64,000 nt of DNA from a bacterium (lineage in GTDB: Bacteria; SAR324; NAC60-12), in the NCBI GenBank assembly GCA_965209155.1, contig OZ242383.1:2784001-2848000 (forward strand), written 5' to 3'. The notes under the pieces were generated by a model that worked only from the letters and a program-made list of their open reading frames with translations, ran no database searches and had not been told where the DNA came from. Below, piece by piece: positions 11,319 to 22,821 of the stretch. Both the position numbers and the translations under genes were made by a program. How positions within the stretch are numbered: position 1 is the stretch's first letter; each line of letters begins with the position of its first letter.

Positions 11319-12521
11319 ATGTTTGATTCCCTCACCCGGCAATTCTCCCATCGGTTGGACTTGAAGTACGGTTGTAATCCTCATCAAAAGCCTGCAGGAA
11401 TCTTCTCACTGGACGATCAATCATTTCCATTTGAAGTATTGAACGGTAAGCCGGGGTATATAAATTTACTCGATGCCATGAATGCCTGGCAACTCGTCAT
11501 GGAACTGGATAACGCTCTGGCAATGCCCGCTGCGACTTCTTTCAAACATGTCAGCCCTGCCGGAGCAGCGGTTGCGATTCCCTTGAATGACCTGGTCCGG
11601 CAAGTTTATGAATGTCCCGAACTGGATTTGAGTCCATTAGCCACGGCGTATATTCGAGCTCGGGGGGCGGATCCTATGTCTTCTTTTGGAGATTTCATTG
11701 CCTTGAGCCGGCCGGTAGACCTCCACACTGCCCGAATTATCAAATCAGCGGTCTCCGATGGTATGATCGCGCCGGATTACGAAGCAGAAGCGCTTGAAAT
11801 ATTGAAAGCAAAAAAGCGGGGAAGCTATCTTCTGTTGAAAGCAAATCCGGATTATCGTCCTCCGGAATTGGAATATCGGGAAGTGTTTGGATTGGGGTTT
11901 GCGCAGAAACGTAATTCGATCATCTTGGACGAAACGAGTTTATTCCAGCAAATTCCAACAAAAAACAAAAAGCTGAACCCATCCGCCAGACGGGATTTGA
12001 TTCTTGCTGCGATTACGCTCAAATACACGCAGTCGAATTCGATTGGATATGCCCTGGATGGGCAAATGATTGGAATTGGCGCAGGACAGCAAAGCCGCAT
12101 CGACTGCACGAAGCTTGCCGGGCGTAAAACAGAAACCTGGTTCTTGCGTCTGCATCCTCGAGTGCTGAACTTACCCTTTAAAAATGAAGTGAAACAGGTA
12201 GACCGTACCAATGCGCGGGTTTGTTTTATCGAAGGCGACATGACGTCTCGGGAAATTGAAGTCTGGGAGCAATATTTTAAGCAACGACCCGATCCTTTGA
12301 GTGAGGAAGAAAAGAAATCCTGGTTAGACAACTTACAAGGAGTCAGTCTGGCTTCTGATGCCTTCTTCCCTTTCCGGGACAATATCGATCAAGCAGCCAG
12401 ACGAGGGGTTCGTCATATCGTTCAACCCGGTGGTAGCATACGGGATGAAGAGATCGTGGAAGCAGCCAATGAATACGAGATGGTGATGGCGTTTTCTAAG
12501 ATCCGCCTCTTCCATCATTGA
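11319..12521 (+). CDS. purH: AICAR transformylase, short PurH-like form without the IMP cyclohydrolase domain
   Basis: Starts at LKYGCNPHQ; SFKHVSPAG, GAGQQSRIDC, ASDAFFPFRD, QPGGSIRD, RLFHH. Confidence 0.88.
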   Translation: MFDSLTRQFSHRLDLKYGCNPHQKPAGIFSLDDQSFPFEVLNGKPGYINLLDAMNAWQLVMELDNALAMPAATSFKHVSPAGAAVAIPLNDLVRQVYECPELDLSPLATAYIRARGADPMSSFGDFIALSRPVDLHTARIIKSAVSDGMIAPDYEAEALEILKAKKRGSYLLLKANPDYRPPELEYREVFGLGFAQKRNSIILDETSLFQQIPTKNKKLNPSARRDLILAAITLKYTQSNSIGYALDGQMIGIGAGQQSRIDCTKLAGRKTETWFLRLHPRVLNLPFKNEVKQVDRTNARVCFIEGDMTSREIEVWEQYFKQRPDPLSEEEKKSWLDNLQGVSLASDAFFPFRDNIDQAARRGVRHIVQPGGSIRDEEIVEAANEYEMVMAFSKIRLFHH

Positions 12522-12529
12522 TGCGATCT

Positions 12530-13519
12530 TTACTGGGAAATCGTGCTTTTCGTGGAATGGTGACGCGGGTTTTGGCTGTGCTGCCGGAATGCGTCAATGA
12601 GGTTGTCTTTGACTGTCCATTTTTGATTGACCCATTTCTGAATCAATTCTCGAAACTCCGGATCGCGCCGGTAGTCACGTCGAATGAAGTCATCAGGAAT
12701 GGGAAGCAGTTCCGCATGAACCATGATTTGATGGGAAGGGCCAAAAATGATATCCCACATCGTCATCCTGGGTTTTGAATAAGCAATCGTCACGTCAATC
12801 GCCGCTGTCAAATAGTCTCCCATGCTATAAAGCACCAAAGCCGTCCCTCCGGCTCTGGGAAGGAGCAAGTGCCGGTATGGCGTCTTTTGGGTGACCGCTT
12901 TCTTTGCGCAGTAGCGTGTTCCTTCTAAAAAATTAACGATGGTTGTGGGAATGTCTTTGAATTTTTCACAAGAATGCCGGGTTGTTTCCAAATCCCTGTC
13001 TTTATCTTCCGGGTGTTTTTCCAGGTACCTTTTCGAATAACGTTTCATGATTGGAAAATCCATTGCCCAGAAGACTGCGCCTAAAACGGGGTACCACATT
13101 AATTCTTCTTTGACAAAAAATTTAGGAAAAGGAATCTTATGGTTAAATGCCTTGAAAATTACAAAGATGTCAGCCCAGCTTTGGTGGTTGGAAATTAAAA
13201 AATACCATTGGTCGGCTCTCAATTCTTCTGGAATGTCAATTTTCCATTGATGGTTTTTGAGCAAATCCAACATCAAATTGTTTCCATCCGCCCAGAATGA
13301 GACGATTCTCGTGAGGAATACGGAGCCATGGGCTGAAAAGGGAGTGCGATCGCTGAGTGGTTTCAAACAAATGGCGGGGATCATGATACTGAAGCAAACA
13401 ATAGTATTGATCAACAAGAACAGGAAGAAAAGTAACCCTGACAACAATGCGAACAACTGCCATCTTTCGCAGGGTTCATCTTTTACGCTATACTTTTTTA
13501 ACACTCTTGAAAATTCCAT
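12530..13519 (-). CDS. PlsC/YihG-like acyltransferase
   Basis: NHQSWAD, FLEGTR, LLPRAGG. Confidence 0.88.
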   Translation of the reverse strand: MEFSRVLKKYSVKDEPCERWQLFALLSGLLFFLFLLINTIVCFSIMIPAICLKPLSDRTPFSAHGSVFLTRIVSFWADGNNLMLDLLKNHQWKIDIPEELRADQWYFLISNHQSWADIFVIFKAFNHKIPFPKFFVKEELMWYPVLGAVFWAMDFPIMKRYSKRYLEKHPEDKDRDLETTRHSCEKFKDIPTTIVNFLEGTRYCAKKAVTQKTPYRHLLLPRAGGTALVLYSMGDYLTAAIDVTIAYSKPRMTMWDIIFGPSHQIMVHAELLPIPDDFIRRDYRRDPEFRELIQKWVNQKWTVKDNLIDAFRQHSQNPRHHSTKSTISQ

Positions 13520-13525
13520 AAGAAT

Positions 13526-15121
13526 TCAACCTTCGAATGCAGTCTCCAACAACTCCCGGGTGTATGCATGCCGTGGTTGAGAAAAAATCTGACTGGCATA
13601 GCCATATTCCATCACTTCTCCTTTTTTCATCACCAATATCTCATGGCAGAGGGATTTGATGATTTTCAAGTCATGGCTGATGAAAATATAGGTCAATCCG
13701 TATTGCTCTTGTAACGTTTTCAGTAATTGAATCACTTGAAATTGCACCGAACGGTCCAATGAAGAGGTGGGTTCATCCAGGACGATAAAGTCCGGTTTCA
13801 ACACAAGAGCGCGAGCCATGGCGATACGTTGCCGTTGTCCCCCGGAAAACTCATTGGGATAGCGATGTCTGGTCTCAGGGTCGAGCTCCACTTCTTCCAT
13901 GACCCGGATGATTTCCTGGTCGATTTCCCCAGGAGAGGCGTCGCTATGAATTCGCAGCCCCTCTCCGATGATTTGAGCCACGGAAAGACGAGGGCTCAAA
14001 CTACCAAAAGGATCTTGAAAAATGATCTGCATGCGCCTGCGCAATGGGCGCATTTCCTTGTTGGAAAATCGATGCAACTGCTGGTTTTGGAATTGGATCT
14101 TCCCTTCGCTTTCCACCAATCGCAGGAGTGCCAATCCCGTAGTGGATTTTCCGGAACCGCTTTCCCCGACAATTCCCAGCGTCTGCCCTTTTTTTACCTG
14201 AAAAGAGATGTCGTTGACCGCTTTGACATAACCCAGTGTCCGGCGTAGGATGCCCCGCTGGATGGGAAACCAGACTTTGAGATTTTCAACGTGGATCAAG
14301 GGCTCCCGACCCGACTTCGCCTGTTGTGGTTTCCCTTTCGGCTCCGAATCGAGCAAGAGGCGCGTATATTGATGCCGGGGATTGTGAAAGAGAGTCGAGG
14401 TAGTGGCCTGTTCGACGATTTCTCCTTGCCGCATCACCGCCACCCGGTCGGAAATACGTTGGACGATACCCAGGTCGTGGGTGATAAAAAGGATGGCCAT
14501 ACCCAGTTCATTTTGCAGTTCTTTGATCAAAGCCAGAATTTGGGCCTGGACAGTGACATCGAGCGCGGTGGTCGGCTCATCGGCAATGAGCAAATCGGGG
14601 TTGTTAGCCAGGGCCATGGCGATCATGACCCGTTGTTGTTCGCCGCCGGATAATTGATGCGGATAGGCTGTCAATCGTTTTTGAGGATCACGAATTTCGA
14701 CGCGTTCCAACCATTCCAAACTACGCCGAGTTGCTTGGGGCGTCGTCAATCCTTGATGCAGAGAAAGGGTTTCATTCAATTGTTTCCGGATGGTATGAAG
14801 AGGGTTCAACGACATCATCGGTTCTTGAAAGATGACGCTGATGCGATTTCCGCGAATACGCTGCAGTTCCTGTTCCGGAAGTCGCAGCGTGTCTTGTCCC
14901 TTATACCAGATCTGTCCCCGGGGATAAACGGCAGGCGGCATCGGAAGGAGACGCAGGATGGACATGGCCGTGACAGTTTTTCCAGAACCGCTTTCACCCA
15001 CCAGCGCCAGTACTTCCCCCGGGTGGACATCCAGTGATGCGTGTTGGACGACAGGGTCGACCTGAACTCCTTTCTGGAAAGCAATCGTCAAATCCTGTAT
15101 ACGAACCAAGGTCTCTGTCAT
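13526..15121 (-). CDS. yejF: Peptide/microcin C ABC transporter double ATPase
   Basis: Two GESGSGK Walker A motifs, LSGG/FSGG signatures; follows yejABE-like genes. Confidence 0.9.
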   Translation of the reverse strand: MTETLVRIQDLTIAFQKGVQVDPVVQHASLDVHPGEVLALVGESGSGKTVTAMSILRLLPMPPAVYPRGQIWYKGQDTLRLPEQELQRIRGNRISVIFQEPMMSLNPLHTIRKQLNETLSLHQGLTTPQATRRSLEWLERVEIRDPQKRLTAYPHQLSGGEQQRVMIAMALANNPDLLIADEPTTALDVTVQAQILALIKELQNELGMAILFITHDLGIVQRISDRVAVMRQGEIVEQATTSTLFHNPRHQYTRLLLDSEPKGKPQQAKSGREPLIHVENLKVWFPIQRGILRRTLGYVKAVNDISFQVKKGQTLGIVGESGSGKSTTGLALLRLVESEGKIQFQNQQLHRFSNKEMRPLRRRMQIIFQDPFGSLSPRLSVAQIIGEGLRIHSDASPGEIDQEIIRVMEEVELDPETRHRYPNEFSGGQRQRIAMARALVLKPDFIVLDEPTSSLDRSVQFQVIQLLKTLQEQYGLTYIFISHDLKIIKSLCHEILVMKKGEVMEYGYASQIFSQPRHAYTRELLETAFEG

Positions 15122-15127
15122 GATTTT

Positions 15128-16150
15128 CTAATAGCTCCTGCGTGGATCAAATGCGTCTCGCACCGCTTCACCAATGAATACCAGCAAGCTGAGCATGGCG
15201 GCTAGTATGATGAAAGCGGATATACCAAGCCAGGGGGCTTGAAGATTGGCTTTCCCCTGGGCGAGGAGTTCTCCCAGGGAGGGAGAGCCAACAGGCAGTC
15301 CGAATCCTAAAAAATCCAGGGAAGTGAGGGTTGTGATGGAGCCCCCAAGGATGAAAGGCAGGAATGTCAGCGAAGCGACCATCGCATTGGGCAAAATATG
15401 ACGAAACATGATTTGACCGTCACTGACCCCGAGCGCTTTTGCTGCCCGTACATAGTCAAAATTTCGCCCTCGGAGGAATTCGGCTCTTACCACGCCAACC
15501 AACGCCATCCAGCCGAAAAGCAGGGTGATCCCCAATAACCACCAAAAGTTGGGTTGAACGACACTGGAAAGAATGATCAGCAAAAACAGCGTCGGCATAC
15601 CGGACCAGATTTCGATAAAGCGCTGACCTAGAATGTCGACACGCCCTCCGTAATACCCTTGCACGGCACCCGCTGCGATACCGATAAGGGATGAGAAAAA
15701 TGTCAGTAGAAGTCCAAAAAAAACCGAAATGCGAAAACCATAAATCAAGCGGGCCACCACATCTCGCCCCTTATCATCGGTTCCTAACCAGTTGTCCCGG
15801 GTTGGAGGAGAAGGAGCGGGGCTGGGAAGGTCGTAATTGATGGTGTTGTAACTGAAAGGAATCGGAGGATAGAGCAACCATCCTTTCGCCAGGATCAATT
15901 CTCGGACATATTCATCACGATAATCCGCCTCGGTGTCGAATTCTCCCCCAAATTCGGTTTCCGCGTATTCGAATAAGAAAGGGAAAAAATACTGGGATTG
16001 ATACTGTACAAGCAAAGGCTTATCGTTGGCAATCAATTCAGCTACAATACTCCCTGAGAACAAAAAAGCGAAAACCCAGAGCGACCAATATCCCCGGCGA
16101 TTGGCTTTGAATTTATTCCAACGCTCCTGGTAAAGCGGAGTCCACTTCAT
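15128..16150 (-). CDS. yejE: Peptide ABC transporter permease
   Basis: FKANRRGYWSL, LGTDDKGRDV, EFLRGRNFDYVRAA. Confidence 0.9.
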   Translation of the reverse strand: MKWTPLYQERWNKFKANRRGYWSLWVFAFLFSGSIVAELIANDKPLLVQYQSQYFFPFLFEYAETEFGGEFDTEADYRDEYVRELILAKGWLLYPPIPFSYNTINYDLPSPAPSPPTRDNWLGTDDKGRDVVARLIYGFRISVFFGLLLTFFSSLIGIAAGAVQGYYGGRVDILGQRFIEIWSGMPTLFLLIILSSVVQPNFWWLLGITLLFGWMALVGVVRAEFLRGRNFDYVRAAKALGVSDGQIMFRHILPNAMVASLTFLPFILGGSITTLTSLDFLGFGLPVGSPSLGELLAQGKANLQAPWLGISAFIILAAMLSLLVFIGEAVRDAFDPRRSY

Positions 16151-16161
16151 CCAACCTCCTT

Positions 16162-17259
16162 TCAGCGACTTTCAAAATCGATTCGAGGATCAACAACAGT
16201 ATAGGTCAAGTCACTGATCAGTCCCAACACGAGTCCCAGCAGAGTAAAGATATAAAGAGTGCTGAACATCACCGGATAGTCCCTTTGAATGATCGCTTCA
16301 AATCCCAGCAACCCCAATCCTTCGAGAGAAAAAATCACTTCGATGAGCATGGAACCGGTAAAAAACATACTGATGAAGGCAGAGGGGAATCCGGCAATGA
16401 TGATCAACATTGCATTACGAAATACGTGATTATAGAGCACTTGCGTTTCCTTGAGCCCCTTGGATCGGGCAGTCATGACGTATTGTTTTTGGATTTCATC
16501 GAGAAATGAATTTTTCGACAAGAAGGTCAGGGTAGCAAAACCACCAATCACGATGGAAATGATCGGCAGGGTCATGTGCCAGAAATAGTCTATGATTTTT
16601 TCAAACCAGTTCAGTTCTGCGAAATTGACGGAGACCAGTCCCCGCAAGGGAAACCAATCCAGATAGGTCCCTCCTGCAAAAAAAATGATCAATGCGATTG
16701 CAAAAAGGAAACCCGGGATGGCGTTGCCTAGAATGACCACGGTACTGGTCCAGACGTCGAAGCGGCTGCTGTGCCGGACGGCTTTGCGAATACCGAGGGG
16801 AATGCAGACCAGGTAGATAATCAACGTGCTCCAGATTCCCAGGGAAACGGAAACCGGCAGGCGTTCGACAATCAGATCGATGACAGTGCGTCCACGAAAG
16901 AGACTTTCTCCAAAATCGAAGAAAAAATAGTCCTTCAACATCTCCAGATAGCGGATATGAAGGGGCTTGTCGAAACCAAAGCGTTTTTCAATGGCGGCGA
17001 TCACTTCGGGATCAAGACCTCGGGCCCCACGGTAGGTACTCTGCTGGTCTTCCCCGCGAGCCGGGGCTTGTTGCTGTACTTCGGTTTGGTTGGCTCCGGA
17101 AACGCGTTCCATCAAACCGGAACCCGTCCCGGTGATGTTGGCGATCATTTGTTCAACGGGACCGCCCGGGGCAATTTGCACCACAAAGAAATTGATCGTG
17201 ATAATAGCCCATAAAGTGGGAACGATCAGCAACAATCGACGAACGATATAGGCAGCCAT
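16162..17259 (-). CDS. yejB: Peptide ABC transporter permease
   Basis: [33 protein letters not shown]. Confidence 0.9.
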   Translation of the reverse strand: MAAYIVRRLLLIVPTLWAIITINFFVVQIAPGGPVEQMIANITGTGSGLMERVSGANQTEVQQQAPARGEDQQSTYRGARGLDPEVIAAIEKRFGFDKPLHIRYLEMLKDYFFFDFGESLFRGRTVIDLIVERLPVSVSLGIWSTLIIYLVCIPLGIRKAVRHSSRFDVWTSTVVILGNAIPGFLFAIALIIFFAGGTYLDWFPLRGLVSVNFAELNWFEKIIDYFWHMTLPIISIVIGGFATLTFLSKNSFLDEIQKQYVMTARSKGLKETQVLYNHVFRNAMLIIIAGFPSAFISMFFTGSMLIEVIFSLEGLGLLGFEAIIQRDYPVMFSTLYIFTLLGLVLGLISDLTYTVVDPRIDFESR

Positions 17260-17277
17260 GAGTTTGAGAACCTCTCA

Positions 17278-19092
17278 CTACCGGGCTACATTGCGTTCTG
17301 GTAGTTTCCTTTCCTTCTCCGGGTCCACCCACCAGGTATCGATCCCAATGGCGTATTTGGGACGTATTGCGGGACGAGAAAACTTATTCCAATAGGCGAC
17401 TCGAAAAATGCTGATATGCCATTCGGGCATGACATAGAAATTCCATTGCAGGATCCGGTCAAAAGCGCGACCATAATGCAACAAAGCTTCTTCATCCTGC
17501 TGCGAAGCTTCGATACCGTCCACCATCGCGTCGACGGCTGGATCCTGGACGCCAGCGGCATTATAGGTGTAATCCATATAATCAGAGCGCCAGACGATTT
17601 TCAAATCCGTACTCGGATAGTAATTGGCGCTAAAACCACCGGAAATCATGTCATAATCCCGTTCACGCAGCCGGTTCGTGAACTGGGTGGTGTCCACTTG
17701 CCTGATGTGCATTTTGACGCCCATGCGCTCCAGGTTGTTTTGGATGGGGACGGCAATCCGCTCCATAGTGGGACTGTAAATCAATAACTCGAACTCGAAC
17801 GGTTCTCCCGTTTCCATATTGGTGAGCACTTTGTCTTTGATCTCCCAGCCTGCTTCTTTGAAGAGTTTAAAGGCCTCAAGCATTTGAGGACGGATATTGC
17901 CGGAACCCTCCGTAACGGGCGGTTGGTACTCTTCGGTGAAAACTCGCTCCGGAATCTGGTCCCGTAAGGGTTCCAGAATTTTCAACTCTTCCGCACTGGG
18001 CAATCCTTTGGCTTCGTATTCAGAATTTTGAAAATAACTGCGTGTGCGCCTGTATTGGTTGTAGAAAAGATTTTTGTTCATCCATTCAAAATCCAACGCA
18101 TAATTCAATGCTTCCCTCACTCGAACGTCACTGAAAATAGGCTTTTGAATGTTGAAGACCAAAGCTTGCATTCCCTGGGGAATATCGTGCTCGATTTCTT
18201 CCTTGATGATGTATCCTTTTTCAAAATTAGGCCCCGTATACAATGTGGCCCATTGTTTGGAAACATTTTCACTCCGAAAATCAAACTCGCCTGCTTTGAA
18301 AGCTTCCAGGGAGACGGTTTGGTCCCGGTAGTAATCGTAACGGATTTGGTCGAAATTGTGTTGTCCCTTGTTGACGGGCAGATCAGCGGCCCAGTAATCT
18401 TTCACACGCTCGTAAATGATATACTGGCCGATTTTATAATCTTTGATCCTGTAAGCAGAGCTACCTATCGGTGGGACGGTGATCGGTTCGGAAAAATCGT
18501 GGGAATCCCAAAAATGGCGAGGCATGACATTCAGACCGGCGAGGGACAATAGAATTTCCTTGTTGCTCTCTTTCACTGAAAAGCGCACTTTGTGGGTATC
18601 CAAGGCAACCACTTCGCTCACGTCCTGATAGTACTGCTTGAATTGGGGTACCCCTTTTTCAAAAAAAGTATTGAAGGAAAATACCACGTCATCAGCAGTA
18701 ATGGGTGTCCCATCCTGAAATTGAGCTTTCGGATTCAAATGGAAAGTCATCCAGGTGAAATCTTCCGGATACTCGACCTTCTCGGCAATCAATCCATAAC
18801 TGACTTCGATTTCATCATCAGATTGCACCATCAGGGAATCATACAGATCTCCACTGCCTGCGGCAGCGACACCCCGCTGGGCAAAGCGGTGAAAATTATC
18901 ATACGTGCCAATCGCCGCAATCGTGAGCGTCCCTCCCTTCAACGCATTGGGATTGGCGTATTCAAAATGAGTAAAATCGGCAGCGTATTTGGGTTCGCCT
19001 CGCAGAGCAAGCGCGTGGGTGACAATCACCTGAGGAGCCGCCCAGATGGAGGAACTCCAGAATAAAATCATTAGAAAAATCAGCTTCTTCAT
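17278..19092 (-). CDS. yejA: Peptide ABC transporter substrate-binding protein
   Basis: GEPKY..DFTHF.YANP.A.KGG, YGLIAE, DFEWMNKNLFY. Confidence 0.9.
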   Translation of the reverse strand: MKKLIFLMILFWSSSIWAAPQVIVTHALALRGEPKYAADFTHFEYANPNALKGGTLTIAAIGTYDNFHRFAQRGVAAAGSGDLYDSLMVQSDDEIEVSYGLIAEKVEYPEDFTWMTFHLNPKAQFQDGTPITADDVVFSFNTFFEKGVPQFKQYYQDVSEVVALDTHKVRFSVKESNKEILLSLAGLNVMPRHFWDSHDFSEPITVPPIGSSAYRIKDYKIGQYIIYERVKDYWAADLPVNKGQHNFDQIRYDYYRDQTVSLEAFKAGEFDFRSENVSKQWATLYTGPNFEKGYIIKEEIEHDIPQGMQALVFNIQKPIFSDVRVREALNYALDFEWMNKNLFYNQYRRTRSYFQNSEYEAKGLPSAEELKILEPLRDQIPERVFTEEYQPPVTEGSGNIRPQMLEAFKLFKEAGWEIKDKVLTNMETGEPFEFELLIYSPTMERIAVPIQNNLERMGVKMHIRQVDTTQFTNRLRERDYDMISGGFSANYYPSTDLKIVWRSDYMDYTYNAAGVQDPAVDAMVDGIEASQQDEEALLHYGRAFDRILQWNFYVMPEWHISIFRVAYWNKFSRPAIRPKYAIGIDTWWVDPEKERKLPERNVAR

Positions 19093-19370
19093 AATATCCT
19101 CATATCAATTTCGTGAAAGGGAATTGTTGCTATTGGATTTGAATCCGATCCTTGAATAATACCATAAATTGAGTAACTTTGAAGTAAAAAATGTTCTTTT
19201 CTTTTACAGGCTTTTGTCTATTAAATTGCTTTCAGATATTCTGGAAACTTAGTTATGTTTGGTAATGCTGACGTTGGCAAGCGATCTTAAGCAACACCGA
19301 GACGATTATTTATTGATTGAATAATAGAGCGGATGGAGATACGCAAGGTTACCCTGAGTCAAGAGAACTC

Positions 19371-19928
19371 GTGATTACCATCGTGGCAGGTAAATTCCGC
19401 GGAAAAAAAATCGAAGTTCCCCGTGGTCAATCAGTTCGTCCCACCCTGAATAAAAACCGGGAGTCGATTTTTAACGTCCTGCAAAGTCTGGTGGATTTTC
19501 CGAAAATGACCGCATTGGATTTATATGCTGGGTCTGGCGCAATGGGATTGGAAGCCTTGAGCCGGGGTGTGCCAAAATCCGTTTTTGTGGAGAATTCAAA
19601 AAGCGTCTTTCAAGTATTAAAAAAAAATATCAGCACCTTTCCATTACAAAAAGAACAAGTTTCACTGGTTCGCAGTTCGGTGAGAGATTGGTTGCCATGT
19701 TTTTCCAAATCCGCCCTTCCATGCTTGATTTTTATAGATCCCCCCTACCAATCCGAGGAATACGAAAAAATTCTGTCAATGATAGACGAGCTCGTAGCAA
19801 TTCCTTCCCAATCCGTACTCGTGGTCGAATCTCCCCGTCTCCTCCATTATTCCCGACCTGCTCTTTTAGAGCCAATACAGTCAAAACTATATGGGCGAAG
19901 CAAACTCGATTTTTTGCTAAAAATTTGA
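19371..19928 (+). CDS. rsmD: 16S rRNA m2G966 methyltransferase
   Basis: AGKFRG, VRPT, LDLYAGSG.MGLEALSRG, DPPY; GTG 19371 chosen as start. Confidence 0.92.
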   Translation: MITIVAGKFRGKKIEVPRGQSVRPTLNKNRESIFNVLQSLVDFPKMTALDLYAGSGAMGLEALSRGVPKSVFVENSKSVFQVLKKNISTFPLQKEQVSLVRSSVRDWLPCFSKSALPCLIFIDPPYQSEEYEKILSMIDELVAIPSQSVLVVESPRLLHYSRPALLEPIQSKLYGRSKLDFLLKI

Positions 19929-20026
19929 TAAATTATCAGCAGTCTGTGGTAGGTTATTCAGACGAACGTCGATAATTGGCAGATTGATTGTCATGGGCAA
20001 ATCAATTCATCGGGGACGGAAAAAAC

Positions 20027-20746
20027 ATGTTGGAGCAACTGGATTTAGAGCATTTGCCTCGTCATGTAGCCGTAATCATGGATGGCAACGGACGTTGGGC
20101 AAAGCAACGTCTCATGCAGCGGTCTCAGGGACACCGAAACGCGATCAATGCGGTAAGAAATACCGTAGAGACTGCTGCTGAACTGAAATTGATTTCTCTC
20201 ACCCTGTATGCCTTTTCTACGGAGAATTGGAAACGACCCGAAAAAGAAATTTCGGTATTGATGGATTTGTTTGCCGAATATCTCCAGAAAGAACTGGATA
20301 ATCTCAACCGCAATAATATTTGCTTTCGCTTAATTGGTGACCGCGCCGGGTTGCCGCATTTTTTACAAGAATACCTGGGCCGTACTTTAGAATCCACTGC
20401 AGGCAATAGTGGTATGGTTCTGAATTTGGCCTTGAATTATGGAGGCAGGGCAGAGATTATCCGTGCCATTCAATTGATTGCCGAACAAGCTCAGAAATAT
20501 GCTCTCTCTCCGGAACTCATCGATGAGGCCTTTGTTTCAAAGTATATGTACACCGCCGATCTTCCTGACCCGGATTTGATCATTCGCACCAGTGGAGAAC
20601 AGCGTATTTCCAATTTTCTGCTATGGCAGTCTGCCTACTCCGAATTTTATTTTACGGATATCCTTTGGCCAGATTTCACCCAGGACGATTTTTATAAGGC
20701 ATTGTATGATTTTCAACAACGCCAACGTCGTTTGGGAGGAGTCTGA
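20027..20746 (+). CDS. uppS: Undecaprenyl diphosphate synthase
   Basis: HVAVIMDGNGRWA, YAFSTENWKRP, IRTSGEQRISNF. Confidence 0.96.
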   Translation: MLEQLDLEHLPRHVAVIMDGNGRWAKQRLMQRSQGHRNAINAVRNTVETAAELKLISLTLYAFSTENWKRPEKEISVLMDLFAEYLQKELDNLNRNNICFRLIGDRAGLPHFLQEYLGRTLESTAGNSGMVLNLALNYGGRAEIIRAIQLIAEQAQKYALSPELIDEAFVSKYMYTADLPDPDLIIRTSGEQRISNFLLWQSAYSEFYFTDILWPDFTQDDFYKALYDFQQRQRRLGGV

Positions 20747-20772
20747 TCCACGGCTTTTTCAATATATCTCGG

Positions 20773-21609
20773 ATGACCGTTTCTGAAATGCAGGCTCCTG
20801 AAAAAAAAGAGCTGGGTGATCGAGTGAAAACTGCAGTTCCGGTCGCCCTCCTGTTGATCGGCATTATGCTCTATGCGCCTGTTTTTGTTGTTGGAATCGT
20901 GGTGCTCTTGTTGACCATCGCAGGTATCTACGAATTTGACGGCATGCTCGAGCCTGGAATTCGTCTCAGTCTGCTGGTGATGATGGGGAGTACTGTTTTC
21001 ATGGGAGGAGCGGCTATCCTGGGAGGAATGACGGGTCTGACGGTCGCTTTGGTATTTGTTTCTCTGGGGTTGTTTTTTTATTACTTGATTTTTACGACTC
21101 CTCACAATATTTCGGACCTGCAAGTCCTTGGCATCAGCTTGTTTGGAATTCTCTGGATTCCCTGGAGTTTCAACCACCTGACGTTGATCAGGGGACTGCC
21201 GGAAGGGACGGCTTTCCTGTTTTTACTGGTTTTGAGCATTTGGATGAGTGACATAGCAGCCTACTTTGGTGGAAAATCATTTGGTCGTATTTTACTCGCT
21301 CCATCCGTCAGTCCAAAAAAAACAATCGAAGGAAGCCTTTGCGGTGCGGCAGCCGGTAGCATTGTTGCTGCGTTGTTTTCCTTCTTTTTTATCGAAAGTT
21401 TGAGTTGGGTCACGGGGTCTTTGGTTGGCTTGGCAGTTTCGTTCTTGGGGCAGGTCGGAGATTTGCTGGAATCCAAAATCAAGAGGCTGTGCGAAGTGAA
21501 GGATTCCGGCACGATATTTCCGGGACATGGGGGAATCTTGGACCGGGTGGATGGATTTTTAACCGCAACTCCCGTCTACTTTTATCTCATGTTCTGGATC
21601 AGTCACTAA
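20773..21609 (+). CDS. cdsA: Phosphatidate cytidylyltransferase
   Basis: SPKKTIEG, GDLLES.IKR..VKDSG..PGHGGILDR.D. Confidence 0.95.
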   Translation: MTVSEMQAPEKKELGDRVKTAVPVALLLIGIMLYAPVFVVGIVVLLLTIAGIYEFDGMLEPGIRLSLLVMMGSTVFMGGAAILGGMTGLTVALVFVSLGLFFYYLIFTTPHNISDLQVLGISLFGILWIPWSFNHLTLIRGLPEGTAFLFLLVLSIWMSDIAAYFGGKSFGRILLAPSVSPKKTIEGSLCGAAAGSIVAALFSFFFIESLSWVTGSLVGLAVSFLGQVGDLLESKIKRLCEVKDSGTIFPGHGGILDRVDGFLTATPVYFYLMFWISH

Positions 21610-21621
21610 AAGGTAATCGTC

Positions 21622-22821
21622 ATGAAAGTAAAGCGGCTGGCAGTCTTGGGTTCTACCGGTTCCATAGGAGGCAGCACTTTGGATGTTGTACGACAGTTCC
21701 CGGATAAATTTCGGGTCGTGGCTCTGTCGTGCCAGAATCAGGTACAAAAATTATTCGATCAAATCTGCGAATTTCAACCGCAAATAGTGTGCGTGGGGTC
21801 TGCGGAACAAGCTCAGTGGCTCAGGGACCAGGGCGCCCGAGTCATGGATGTCGTTTTTGGAGCTGAGGGTTTGGTACGGATTGTATCCGAAGTGGAGACA
21901 GACCTGGTGGTTGCGGGAATTGTCGGTTCTGCCGGATTGAGTTCTACCTTCGCAGCGATCGCTGCCGGGCGGGACGTTGTCTTGGCGAACAAAGAAACCA
22001 TGGTATTGGCTGGTGAATTGATTATGCGCAAAGCAGATGAAACAGGGAGCATAATCTTTCCTGCCGACAGCGAACACAATGCAATATTTCAATCCTTGGT
22101 GGGGCATCAGCGCTATGATATTGAAAAAATAATTTTGACCGCGTCCGGCGGACCTTTCCTGGACAGGCCACTCTCTGAATTTGGAACAATCACCCCAGGA
22201 GAAGCACTCAATCATCCCAACTGGGAAATGGGTGACAAAGTCACTATCGATTCGGCAACCATGATGAATAAAGGATTGGAAATCATTGAAGCACGTTGGT
22301 TGTTTGGAATATCGACTTCGGAAATCAAGGTAGTGATTCACCGGGAAAGCATCGTCCATTCGATGGTAGAATATAAAGATGGTTCATTCATCGCACAGTT
22401 GGGACTCCCGGATATGAAGATCCCCATTGCTTATTGCCTGGCTTATCCCGACCGCTTGCCATTGAGGGGACCAAAATTGAATATCTCCGAGTTGAGAAAT
22501 CTTCATTTTGAAGACCTTTCCATGGAGAAATATCCATGTTTGCATCTTGCGAGAACCGCAGGAAAAATGGGAGGAGCGGCGCCTGCAGTACTCAACGGCG
22601 CTAACGAAGTAGTGGTGGCAGCCTTTTTAGCGGGAAGTATTCAGTTTCTGGACATTGCCTTCGTTTTAAATCGGACATTTGAGCATTTTCAAAGGCACCA
22701 GAACGCCCCTGAAGCGCAACCCTCGTTCTTGCAGGAAGTCAGTAGCATTGAAGACGCCTTGCGTGCTGATGATTGGGGCCGTATAACCGCTCATGCAATT
22801 GTTACTGGAGAAAATATATGA
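21622..22821 (+). CDS. dxr: 1-deoxy-D-xylulose-5-phosphate reductoisomerase
   Basis: LGSTGSIG, LANKE, DSEH, HPNW.MG.K.TIDSATMMNKGLE. Confidence 0.97.
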   Translation: MKVKRLAVLGSTGSIGGSTLDVVRQFPDKFRVVALSCQNQVQKLFDQICEFQPQIVCVGSAEQAQWLRDQGARVMDVVFGAEGLVRIVSEVETDLVVAGIVGSAGLSSTFAAIAAGRDVVLANKETMVLAGELIMRKADETGSIIFPADSEHNAIFQSLVGHQRYDIEKIILTASGGPFLDRPLSEFGTITPGEALNHPNWEMGDKVTIDSATMMNKGLEIIEARWLFGISTSEIKVVIHRESIVHSMVEYKDGSFIAQLGLPDMKIPIAYCLAYPDRLPLRGPKLNISELRNLHFEDLSMEKYPCLHLARTAGKMGGAAPAVLNGANEVVVAAFLAGSIQFLDIAFVLNRTFEHFQRHQNAPEAQPSFLQEVSSIEDALRADDWGRITAHAIVTGENI

